The notes under the pieces are model-generated. The model saw only the letters and a list, made by a program, of their open reading frames with translations. It was not told the origin of the DNA and did no database searches. Made by a program: the position numbers and the translations under genes. This document shows, in pieces, positions 50,410-61,629 of a stretch of 64,000 nt of DNA. Location: positions 22,382,001 through 22,446,000 of the forward strand of contig NC_083227.1 of the NCBI RefSeq assembly GCF_032191835.1. Direction: 5' to 3'. Each line of letters starts with the position of its first letter. The stretch's first letter is position 1. The DNA is from Heteronotia binoei (lineage: Eukaryota).

Positions 50410-51045
50410 AACTTGTGGTCCAGAGTGACCCAATAGATATAGTTTGCCTAAACTTCCAGAAACCTTTTAATAAAGTTCCTCATCAAAGGCTCCAGAGTAA
50501 ACTCAGCAGACCTGGAATATGAGGACAAGTCCTCTTTTGGATTAAAAACTGGTTAATTAACAGGAAAGAACAGTGAGTCTAAATGGGCAGTTTTCACAGT
50601 GGAAGGTGGTAAGGTGTGGGGAACCGCTGGGTCCAGTGCTTTTTTAACTTTTTAATTAATGATTTGGATCTGAGAGTAAGCAGTGAAGTGGCTAGGTTTC
50701 CGAATGACACTAAATTGTTCAGGGTGGTGAGAACCAGGGAGGATTGTGAGGCTCCCCCAACGGATCTGTTGAGTCTGAGCAAGTTGGCAATAACATGGCA
50801 AATAAGGTTCAACATGGGCACATGCAAAGTAAGGCACACTGGAGCCAAAAATCCTAACTTTGAATTCACAATGATGGGGTTTGAACTGGTAGAAAGTGTC
50901 TAAGAGAAAGCTTGCAGTTGTGCTAGATAACTCACTGAAAATGTTGACTCAGTGTGCAATGGCAAAAAAAAAGGGCCAATGCTATGCTGGGGATTATTAG
51001 ATAGGGAACTGAAAACAAATCAGTCAATATCATAATGTCCTGTAT
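50410..51045 (+). mobile_element. CR1 reverse transcriptase fragment (degenerate)
   Basis: DIVCLNFQKPFNKVPH and FLINDLDLRVSSEVARFPNDTKLF (decayed FADD motif). Confidence 0.85.
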
Positions 51046-51049
51046 AACC

Positions 51050-51625
51050 TATGACCTAACAACTGGCTGCTGGTCGCATACCGGGTTCGGTACAAAGTGC
51101 TGGTTATTGCCATTAAAGCCCTATATGGTCGAGGGCCTGCCTACCTGAGGGACTGTCTCTCCCCATACGAACCCCAGAGAGCACTGAGGTCAGTGGGAAA
51201 GAACCAGCTGAACATCCCTGGGCCGAGGGAGGCCAAATTGAAGAACACAAGGGAACGGGCCTTCTCTGTCGTAGCTCCACACCTGTGGAATCAACTTCCG
51301 GATGAAGTGCGGGCCCTGCAGAGTCTTGACCAATTCCGCAGGGCCTGCAAGACTACTCTTTTTAAGATGGCCTTCACTGAATGCTGAGTTAATGATAGAT
51401 TCGCTGCTGTTGTATTCTGCCATCAATTTATTAAAAACCTGAAATTTAGCACCATAAATGTTAATTTTAATTGGAATGTTGATTTAAACAATGGTTTTAT
51501 AATGTAGTATTTATTGAATTATATGATTTTATTGTATTATATTGAATTAATATGTTGTGAGCCGCCCTGAGCCTGCTTTGGTGGAGAGGGCGGGATGTAA
51601 ATAAAAAGTATTATTATTATTATTA
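51050..51625 (+). mobile_element. L2 LINE 3' fragment
   Basis: KALYGRGPAYLRDCLSPYEPQRALRS..RAFSVVAPHLWNQLP plus tail. Confidence 0.85.
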
Positions 51626-52751
51626 AAGGGATCTACATGTTTTATGAGGGGGGAGCAAAATTAAAAAATGGCACCCCCTTATGGGTCATTCTGTCTTATG
51701 GTCCTATAGAATATAATGGGCTCCATTCCCAATTTGGCATCCCCCTCCGTAGGCGCCCTCTGCCCCGCCCCTAGATCCAGCCCTGCTCACAATAGAAGAA
51801 CTTGTGGACATTCAATGAAATTAATGAGAAGTAGGTTTAGAAAGATAAAAGGAAGTCCTTCTTCACCCAAAGAGTAATGAACGTGTGGAATTCTCTGCTG
51901 CAGGAAGTGGTGGTGGCCAATATTCCCTCCAAACTGTGGAGCCTTGTGAGCAAAAAAGGAAGTACTTCTTCATCCAAAGGGTGATTAACACGTGGAATTC
52001 ACTGCCACAGGAGGTGGTGGTGGCTACAAGTATGGGCAGCTTCAAGAGGGGATTGGATGGACATATAGAGCAGAGGTCCATCAGTGGCTCTTAGCCACAG
52101 CGTATTGTTGGAACTCTCTGTCTGGGGCAGTGATGCTCTGTATTCTTGGTGCTTGGGAGGGGCAACAGTGTGAGGACTTCTAGTGTCCTGGCCCCACTGA
52201 TGGACCTCCTGATGGCACCTGGGTTTTTTGGCCACTGTGTGACACAGAGTGTCAGACTGGATGAGCCATTGGCCTGATCCAACATAGCTTCTCTTTTGTT
52301 CTTAAAAACAGAACAAAATACATAAAGACTTTAATTAGGCCAATTCATGTTTACAGAGCTGGATGCAAGCTTTTGAGTAACACAGGACCCTTCTGTTGAC
52401 AAAAGTGTTCCAAGAAGAAACCACTCGAAGCACAATTTCCATGTATTTCTGGAGTTTAACATACAAAGTAGTGTTATTTCAGCTATATTGTCTATCCCCC
52501 CACCCTGCTTTTAAAGGGTCTTGACCAAGAGAAGTCCAGTTCCTTACAACAGTCCAAGTTGATGTTTCTTGGAGACTTTCAGTAGACTATACGTGTCAAA
52601 GGCTGAAAAATGAACGAATGCAATCTCCTTGCTATCAGTTTGAAGTATTGCATGTTTTAATTTGTGGACTAGCCAATGGGATTCTTCTTTCTTTCTTAAA
52701 TAGTTGGAGAAAGGAACAGATGATCCACTGGGCCATATTTTCCTCTTTCAG

Positions 52752-52881
52752 ATCTCCCCAATGTCCTTTGAGGAGGTAGCCGTGTTCTTCACGTTGGAGG
52801 AATGGGCCTTGCTGGATCCAGGACAGAAGAAACTCTACTGGGATGTTACAAAGGCAAATTATGATACTGTGGCCTCTCTTG
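52752..52881 (+). CDS. KRAB-A exon, module B ([43 protein letters not shown])
   Basis: KRAB-A consensus with an internal ATG at 52761. Acceptor tattttcctctttcag and donor CTTG|gtaagg. Phase 0 to 1. Confidence 0.9.
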
Positions 52882-55800
52882 GTAAGGATCTTTTCCATTC
52901 TGTAACATTCATCTAAGAAAAGGGAGTGGGGCATCTTCCTTTGAACCTCTTTCATTTCAGGGCACACTTTGATTTGCCACAGGGGAAAGAACAGAGTTCC
53001 CACATTTGGGGATCTTAAAGCTTCTGAGGGGGAAAAAGCATAAAGTACATTCACGTGGTAAAGAGAATCATGTTGGTGAAGAGAGCACTAATTGGAAGAA
53101 ATGGTCAGTACCCACTCAAGTTCCTGACAGGAAATCCCAACAGATTCTGCTTTATTCTTCTGCCTCTGTGTTTTGACCAAGAATGACTTTCCTGCAGTCC
53201 TTTGAGTGAGTGAGGCTGACAGGAAGAAAGGGGAAAAGGCGTCATTGATTTGACTAGGCCAGAGGAGGGGCTCTTGCTCAGTAGTGAAGTTTATGATCTA
53301 CCTATTGAAAATTCACTCCACAGCCATTGAAACGGAGATTTGGAGGAGAGACTCTTTAGTTTTACGGCTGGGGAAGCCCCTGTCTGAGGCTCTCCTGAGG
53401 CATCACCCTTTGATTGGAATTGGCTGGGATGCATGGAAAGTTCTAGAGAAAATCTTGGTGGAGGAGAACAAGAGAGTCAACTGTGAGGAAGTTGGTAGGC
53501 AGGGGACTAGAAGCCAGGCAAGAGGCGCTGCAGCCTCCGCCCTCCTTCCAGGTGATGAGTGGGGATTTTGGAGGCAGAAGTGCTTTTCCTCTTAACTGTA
53601 CGCTCTTTCTTAGCTAGTTCACAGCAGGCCCCAGTCAGTGTTCCCTCATAAGCTAGCTCACAGATTTTTAGCTTCCAGCTCACACATTTTTCTCCTAGCT
53701 CAGGAAAGATGACCCCTAATTTTTACTGTAGCTCACAACTTTAATGCCAGTAGCTCACCAAGTAGAATTTTTGCTCACAAGACTCTGCAGCTTAGAGGGA
53801 GCTTGGAAGACAAGTTGAGTTAACTCTCCGCCCTGCCTGCAGGAGTGTGTGTGTGGGGGGGAGAGGCGCGATTCAGTTCAAGCAAAACCCAATAACCAGA
53901 GATGCCCCCTGTGCTGCAGCACTCACCTCTGACCAAGGCCACCAGTGATCTGTGGCGGGGTGATGCTGGGAGTTTAACCCAGGGGACTACCTTTACTTTT
54001 AACCCTCCAATGTACTCCTCTCCCAGATTTTTCTGCAAGCCTGGGTCATTTTCCAGCTTTGTAGAAAGATGTACCTTGTCTGTTCATGTCTCCAGTCTCT
54101 AGATGTGTTTTATATTTTACTAGGAATAAGGCCCAACGGTCTCTAGAAAGAGGCTCTGGGTTGGTGCCATCCAACCTCGCTCTCTTCCCACCCACCCAAG
54201 TGAAGGCATTCACTCCCCCACCCCAAAGGGAGCTGACCTCTGCCGTCTGGAGTGCAGTTGTAATTCTGGGTGATCTCCAGCCCTCCCCGGGAGACTGAGA
54301 ACCAGAGAAAACTGCCGTGTATATAATAATATTTGATAACAGTGATCACACTATCAATTACAACGACTTAACAGCCAAAACTCACTTACTAGATCACATT
54401 TACTAAAATATGTTTGTCACTTGTTTCATAACAATAAAGTTCATAAAGTTTGGCAAAATTACATAAGAGAACAAAAAATACTTCAAATCTGCATGGAATG
54501 CTCATAACAGAGTCCAATAAATTAAATTGATTTACTCTCTCCTTGCGATTGCTGCACTATCCAACTTGTAACAAAGGCACAAACAGTCTTTATGCAGACT
54601 GAAGATGCATATAGGTGCTGAATAATTGTGTTTCTAAGTTGCAGCATGGTGACGTGCTTCCTTAGTTCAATCTTCACGTGTTTCGAAGTGACCTTCACAC
54701 GTAACGTTTATTCTGGAACTGAAATAACATATTTCAGTAAAACGCAAGATTTTTTAAGCGTTTCTTTTCCTATTCTGTTTTATGTGTTCCCTGAACAAAC
54801 GCCAGAAAATGTACTAATCTTAGTGTGATTTCAAGATCAACTTTCTGCAACAGAAGCAAGAAATCTGCCTCTTCCTTTGGTCATCTGTTTCTCCTTTCCC
54901 AGCTCATTCTGGTCTGTGTTTAAATATTGCTGAGGTTTTTAGGACTGAACTGGATAGTCCATGCAAGTCCAATCTCATCAGATCTCGGAAGTTTAGGGCC
55001 AAGCCTGGCAAATATTTGGGTGGGATACCTCCAAGGTAAACCAGGGGCAGGACACAGAGCAGGGGTGAGGAACCTTCATCTCGAGGGCAGTATATGGTCC
55101 TCAAGGTCACTTGGTGTGGCCCTTGGGGATTGCTGGACAGATACATAGATTGCCATGTGGCAGCCTCCCTGGGGCCTGGCTAGCCAGCGAGGATCATGGG
55201 GCCCAGCCACTCAGTGCAGCAGCTTCCCCGGGGCCAGGCAGGGATCACAGGGCCCAGATGTACTGTGCAGCAGCCTCCCTGGGGCCTGACTGGCTGGCCA
55301 GAATTGCTGCAGGGCCTGGAAAAGTTACTGTCACAGTTCAGTTTGCACTTGATTATCCCAGATGGTGTGGCCTAATGTGCTAATGACTGTGTGACCTAAT
55401 ATTAGGGGATGTGGTCTAATATGCTACTGAGTTCCTACTGGGCTTTTTCTACAAAAAAAGCCCTGGACCTACCTATTTGCCTAGGGTGGTGGGCTGTATG
55501 TGTGTGTCAGATTAGGCTCTCCCCACATAACTTCAAATAGAAGGACACTTATTTGCATTAATTTTGCTGGCCTGAATCATTCTCCCTCGGCGGAACACTG
55601 TTTTTTAAGTTGATAATTTTTTATGGCCCGCGAATGATGTTTTAAATATCCATATGGCCCTTGGCAGAAAAAAGGTTCCCCACCCCTGACATAGAGACAG
55701 GCAATAGCAAGCTACCTCTCCTCTCTGAAATGTTCAGGTCCACTAGGGGTCACCAGAAGTCAAACCAGAGGTTTTTCCAGGCCCCACATTCTCCTGATAG

Positions 55801-55930
55801 AAAATAACATTCACTACTCACTCTAACTATTAACTGGCTTATGTACCTGCTGATTCTTAATGCTTTGTGAGTGTGAGTGTATTATCTAAATAAATAAATG
55901 AATTACTAGATTTCTGTCTCTCTTCTGCAG

Positions 55931-57837
55931 TTGTAGATGTGACGAAGATGCGTCATGAGAAGGAATCAGGAAGGAGACTTGTGGGAAAAGACAGCAGTCT
56001 GCAGGTGGAAGCAAAATCTGGAGATCAAGTGGCCCCAAAGAGATATTGCAGAAGAAAAAGGGAAATAAAACAAAAGCAAAAGGAAGAATATACCTGTCAG
56101 AGCAGAAATAAGCCTGAGGTATCAGCCCAAGATGAAACAGGCAAGAGAAAGACAAGGTCTAAGGGTGTCATGAACCAGAGAGGGTTCAGCTCCAAATGCA
56201 GTGTTAAAACATATCAGAATGCTACAACATGCTGGAAAAGGTATAAATGTGTGGAATGTGGGAAGTGCTTCCATTGGAGCAGTGCAAGAAGTAGGCGTCA
56301 AAGGATTCACATGAAGGAAGAGCCATATAAATGCTTGGAGTGTAGAAAGTGCTCTCAGAAGGGTGAGCTAACTGTACATCAAAGGTGTCACACAAAAGAG
56401 AAGCCATATAAATGTGTGGACTGTGGAAAGTGCTTCTTTCAGAGACACCACCTAACTGTACATCAAAGGATTCATACAGGGGAGAAGCCTTATAAATGCT
56501 TGGAGTGTGGAAAGTGCTTCTCTAGCAGTAGCAACCTAAAAACACATCAAGAGATTCATACTGGGAAGAAGCCATATAAATGTTTGGAGTGTGGCAAGTG
56601 CTTCCCTCAGATTGGACGCCTAAAAGCACATCAAAGGGTTCATACTGGGGAGAAGCCATATGAATGCTTAATGTGTGGAAAGTGCTTCTCTAACAGTGGC
56701 AACCTAAAAACACATCAAGAGATTCATACTGGGAAGAAGCCATATAAATGTTTGGAGTGTGGAAAGTGCTTCCCTCAGATTGGACGCCTAAAAGCACATC
56801 AAAGGGTTCATACAGGGGAGAAGCCTTATAAATGCTTGGAGTGTGGAAAGTGCTTCTCTAGCAGTAGCAGCCTAAAAAAACATCAAGAGATTCATACTGG
56901 GAAGAAGCCATATAAATGTTTGGAGTGTGGAAAGTGCTTCCGTCAGATTGGACGCCTAAAAGCACATCAAAGGGTTCATACTGGGGAGAAGCCATATGAA
57001 TGCTTGGAGTGTGGAAGGTGCTTCTCTAACAGTGGCAACCTAAACAAACATCAAAGGATTCATACTGGGACGAGGCCATATGAATGTTTGGAGTGTGGAA
57101 AGTGCTTTCATCACAATGGTGACCTAACTAAACATCAAAGGATTCATACAGGGGAGAAGCCTTATGAATGCTTGGAGTGTGGAAATTGCTTCTCTCGCAG
57201 TGGCTTCCTAAAGAAACACCAAATGATTCATACAGGGGAGAAGCCATTTAAATGCTTGGAATGTGGGAAGTGCTTTTCTCGGACTGACTGCCTAAGACTA
57301 CATCAGAGGATTCATACTGGGGAGAAGCCATATAAATGCTTGGAGTGTGGGAAATGCTTCTCTCGCAATAGTCACCTAAAGACACATGAAACGATTCATA
57401 CTGGGGAGAAACCATACAAATGCTTTGAGTGTGGAAAGTGCTTCTCTTTGAAATCCAGCTTAACTACACATCAAAAGACTCATACTGGGGAAAAACCATA
57501 CAAATGCTTGGAGTGTGGAAAGTGCTTCACTTTGAACATTGGCCTTACTTCACATCATAGGACTCACACAGGGGAGAAACCATATAAATGCTTGAGGTGT
57601 GGAAAGTGTTTCTCTCACAGTAATGCCCTAAGGATACATCAAAATAGTCATACAGGGGTAAAGCCATATAAATGCGCGGAGTGTGGGAAATACTTCTCTC
57701 AGAATGCGCACCTAACTATACATAAAAAAATTCATACTAGAGAGAAGCCATATAAATGCTTCGAGTGTGGAAAGTGCTATTCTCGGAAAGACTGCTTCAG
57801 AGCACATCAAAAGAGTCATGCTGAGGAGAAGCAATAG
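55931..57837 (+). CDS. Gene 4, terminal exon: 19 C2H2 fingers (first two degenerate, 17 canonical)
   Basis: ORF 55939-57837 with CLECGKCF...HTGEKPY repeats. Phase-1 acceptor tttctgtctctcttctgcag|TT, compatible with both KRAB exons. Confidence 0.95.
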
Positions 57838-59822
57838 AAATGCTTGAAGTGTGGAAAGTTCTGTCAGGGTGGCTGTCAAGAAAAAATTTATTCTTACCTC
57901 TCCCCCACAGGGGAGATCCAACTGACAGGTGAACCCACAGAGAAGGGGCTGACTTATTCAGCTCTTTCTCATTCCAGCAGGGGCAGCATTGGAGAAATGG
58001 AGGGCTTCTGCTGCTAAAATCAACCTCCTCAACTCTTGTTATCTTTTCTCTCTTTTTTAAACCAACCTGTAATATATGTGATCTATGGCTGATTTTTTTT
58101 TTACAAATTATCAGATTACAATTCTAACAGAGAAGATGAGGAGACTGCCAGCAGTGCCTAACCATAGAAGTACGAGGAGACATCTTGAAAATGTATGGCT
58201 TTTAAATTACAGATATTTAACAAAAGGTTTATGTGAACAGTGCAGAGATAAATGACTGAACTGTCATTGCCTTCCAAGAAAGCCTTTAGGAAGCAGAGCA
58301 GAAATATTAACTGAGCCAGACCAAAGTATAGCAAGCTTTTTTTCCTTTTCCACTTCTGGATGAAACCTATTCTGTATCATTGTGGATTATCCTTTCTGCG
58401 GATCATACAATGGGTTACATTTCTCTTTTCTCTTGATTTAAAAAAACCTGTTTATTTAAAAGATTCAGTGCCTTGCCTATGGCATGAGGTAGTAAAGAAA
58501 GCAACAGATCGATTGGCTGATTCCCCAAAAGGCTGCTCAAGGGAAATGTGGGCTACAGCTTTAGCTGGGAAGGCCACAAGCATGTTTATGTAACATCCTT
58601 AAGGGTTAACAGTGGCTTGACTGAGAAGAAGTAAAGACAGACCGGTTACCAGCATTCCAGTCTTAGCAATAACATAAATATAACCTGCACTGTGCCTTAT
58701 TGAATCTGTACTAAACAATAGGATTGCCAAATCCAATTCAATATCTCTGGATTTTGGGGGTGGAGCCAGGAGCAAGATTATGACAAGCAGTGTTTCCTCT
58801 AAGCTGAGTGTGAGCTAGCTCAGATTTTTAGCCTCCTGCTCACATATTTTTGTCTTAGCTCAGGAAAAATGGCCCCAGAGCACACTAATTTATGTATTGG
58901 CTCACAGCTTTAATGCCACTAGCATACAAAGTAGAATCTTTGCTCGCAAGTCTCTGCAGCTTAGAGGGAACATTGGTGACAAGTATAATTGAACTCCAAA
59001 ACGACTTTGGGCCATCACATTTAAAGGGACCACACACCTTTTAAATGCCTTCCCTCCATTGGAAATAATGGATAGAGGGACCTTTGTTTGCAATTCATAG
59101 AATTGGACCCCCTGGACTAATCTTTTTGAAACTTGGTGGGTTGTTTGGGGAGAGGCACTGGATGCTGTGCTACAAGTTTGGTGCCTCTACCTCAAAAAAC
59201 TGCCCCCACAGAGCCCCAGATACCCGCACATCAATTCTCTTGTATCCTATGAGAATCATGGAGTGCCCAGCAGACCTTTCCCCCTCCCCTGCTTTCTGAC
59301 TACCATTAAGCATGAGAGGGCCTCCAAGCAGGGAGCATCCCCTGCCCACACCTAGGTATTAGCAAAACTCCTAAGCAACCATAAAGGTAAGGGGGTTCTC
59401 AGAGCCCAAACTGGATTTATCTGGTCAGGGCGGCACATGCAAAGTCAATTTCCTGCATTAATTAATCCTGGCCAATAAGCTGGCAAAGCATATCAGTCCT
59501 GTGTAGCTGGCTCTAGCAATTTAATTAAGCTGGCTGCTGCAACCAATTAGTATGTGTATTATTAATGGCTTTTGTGGCTGGTAGGTTTCTAGGGCTGCTT
59601 TCTTTCTTCATTCCGCCCCCCCCCCCCGCCACTTTCCCTATGTTTGCAATGACTGTTCAATCTTGGAAGATTTTAGAATAATGGACATTTAAGATGTGTC
59701 GTATTTCCAGTTCGCTTCCATTTAAAAAAAAAATATTAAAAGGGCGAAATTACGCTGCTGTGTCGTACACACTTGGGTCGAACTACATCTCTGCAGCCCC
59801 CCGGGTCTGGTTGTTGCGGAGA

Positions 59823-59838
59823 ACTACATTTCCCAGAA
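59823..59838 (+). promoter_or_regulatory. ZNF143/THAP11-type motif (module C)
   Basis: Identical 16-mer upstream of exon 1C. CpG-rich context from 59750 to 60310. Confidence 0.7.
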
Positions 59839-59940
59839 AGCCGTGCGAGGGACAGTGCAAGTCAGTCCTGCCTTTTGCAGGTGGGCAGCCGGAGAGGGTT
59901 TTTTAAAATGACTGAGAGGGAACAGCAACTGTAGGAGGCG

Positions 59941-60021
59941 ATGGCATCCACCAGCGCTCCTCGCTTGCCTCCTTTGCCCCGGCGAGAGGGAGGATCCGGC
60001 GTCTGCACTTTTGCAGGAAAG
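59941..60021 (+). CDS. Module C exon 1 (MASTSAPRLPPLPRREGGSGVCTFAGK) of a gene presumably continuing beyond the window
   Basis: Paralogue of exon 1A. Phase-0 donor GGAAAG|GTGAGT. No KRAB exon seen downstream within the window. Confidence 0.5.
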
Positions 60022-60875
60022 GTGAGTGGAGCGTTTCCTAAAAGAGATCATTTGCATGGAGGAAGCAGAGAGAGGCTTCCCCTTCCCCGGGCGAGATTTG
60101 GGCATCAGCGGAATGTGGGTGCGCTTTTTCCAGACCCTCCAGTGTGTTCCCTGCAGCCAGGCTGGACCTCCCTTTTCTTCTGAATCCCCTCGTAGACGGA
60201 CCGCAAGTCTGACCCAACAGGGTTCCCCGTCTGCTCTTCCTGGGCATCTTCGCGGGCTGCCCTCCCGGTGTTTTTTCGCACATTCCGCGGGCTGACCCCG
60301 CCCCTCCCTCCAATAATCTGGCCTTGTAATTGTATAAATTAAACACTCATAGCAACGCCTTATTATTTTCTTCTTTCATAGTACTATATGTCTATCTTGA
60401 TTGGCTGTATTTTGCTACAGAAATGATTGCCATCATTTTAATTCTGCATAAATCTTGCCCTTTCTCTGTGGCAAGAGATATCTTTTATAATTAGTGTGTT
60501 TTGTTACATCGATATAGGGAAGTTTTTTGTCCTATGATTTTTTTAAGAGTCGAAAACGACTGGTGCTTGCACAGGGGACTACCTTTATCTTTATGTATGT
60601 ATTTGTGCTTGTATTAACTTGTTTCCATAAGATTTTTTAGATGTATGTTTTAAAAAATACATTTTTAGATGTATTTTTTAGATGTATCATATTTATTTGT
60701 TTCCTTCAAAATTAATAAAAATGTTAAAGGTATATTCAGTACATCCTGTTGCATTAATGAGCATCACCCTCAAGAAGACCTCTGAAGTGGAAAGGGGTCT
60801 AAAGATTGGTTTTGTGAAGGAGGGAATGCGCTCCCCTCTCTCTGGCTGGGCTGTCTCCACCTTCCTGCCTTCTTG

Positions 60876-61120
60876 GAGGCAGTTTGGTGTAGTGGTTAAG
60901 TACATGGACTCTTATCTGGCAGAACCAGGTTTGATTCCCCACTCCTCCACTTGCAACTGCTGGAATGGCCTTGGGTCAGCCATAGCTCTGGCAGAGGTTG
61001 TCCTTGAAAGGGCAGCTGCTGTGAGAACCCTCTCTGCCCTACCCACCTCACAGGGTGTCTGTTGTGGGGGGAAAAGATGTAGGAGATTGTAAGCCGCTCT
61101 GAGTCTCTGATTCAGAGAGA
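60876..61120 (+). mobile_element. Squam3-like SINE
   Basis: Same A/B boxes and body as the other copies. Confidence 0.8.
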
Positions 61121-61121
61121 A

Positions 61122-61385
61122 GGAAAGGAAAGATCCCCTGTGCAAGCACCAGTCGTTTCCGACTCTGGAGTGACGTTGCTTTCACATTTTCACGGCAGAC
61201 TTTTTTATGGGGTGGTTTGCCATTGCCTTCCCCAGTCTTTTACACTTTCCCCCCATCAAGCTGGGTACTCATTTTACTAACCTTGGAAGGCTGAGTCAAC
61301 CTTGGGCCAGCTACCTGAATCCAGCTTCCGTCAGAATCGAACTCAGGTCGTGAGCAGAGAGTTCAGACCACAGTACTACTACTAC
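61122..61385 (-). mobile_element. Sauria SINE-like element
   Basis: aaatgagtacccagcttg..ggggaaggcaatggcaaaccacccc.. body. Plus-strand 3' fragments at ~60540-60590 and ~61850-61960 end in ACCTTT. Confidence 0.7.
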
Positions 61386-61629
61386 TTGGGAGTCAACCCT
61401 CTCCTTAATTGCCAAATACTAAAGGGTTTCTGTGGTTTTCTGGTGCCTATGTGGACCAGGATATGTTCAGTCCCTTTGTTTTGGCATTGTAGCTCCCACA
61501 GTCATACAACCCAACGCCGAGGCTCCCAGCTTGCACTTTATTATGGGGAACCCCCCCTTTTGGTAATTTCCCTGCAAGTTTTTTGTTCTATTGAGATGGT
61601 GCAGAGGTAGCTCACTTGCTGTTCCTGGG

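Noticed and set aside
48597-52881. Tandem double-KRAB protein
   Set aside because: KRAB(A) ends in phase 1 and KRAB(B) starts in phase 0, so direct splicing reaches a stop after six codons.
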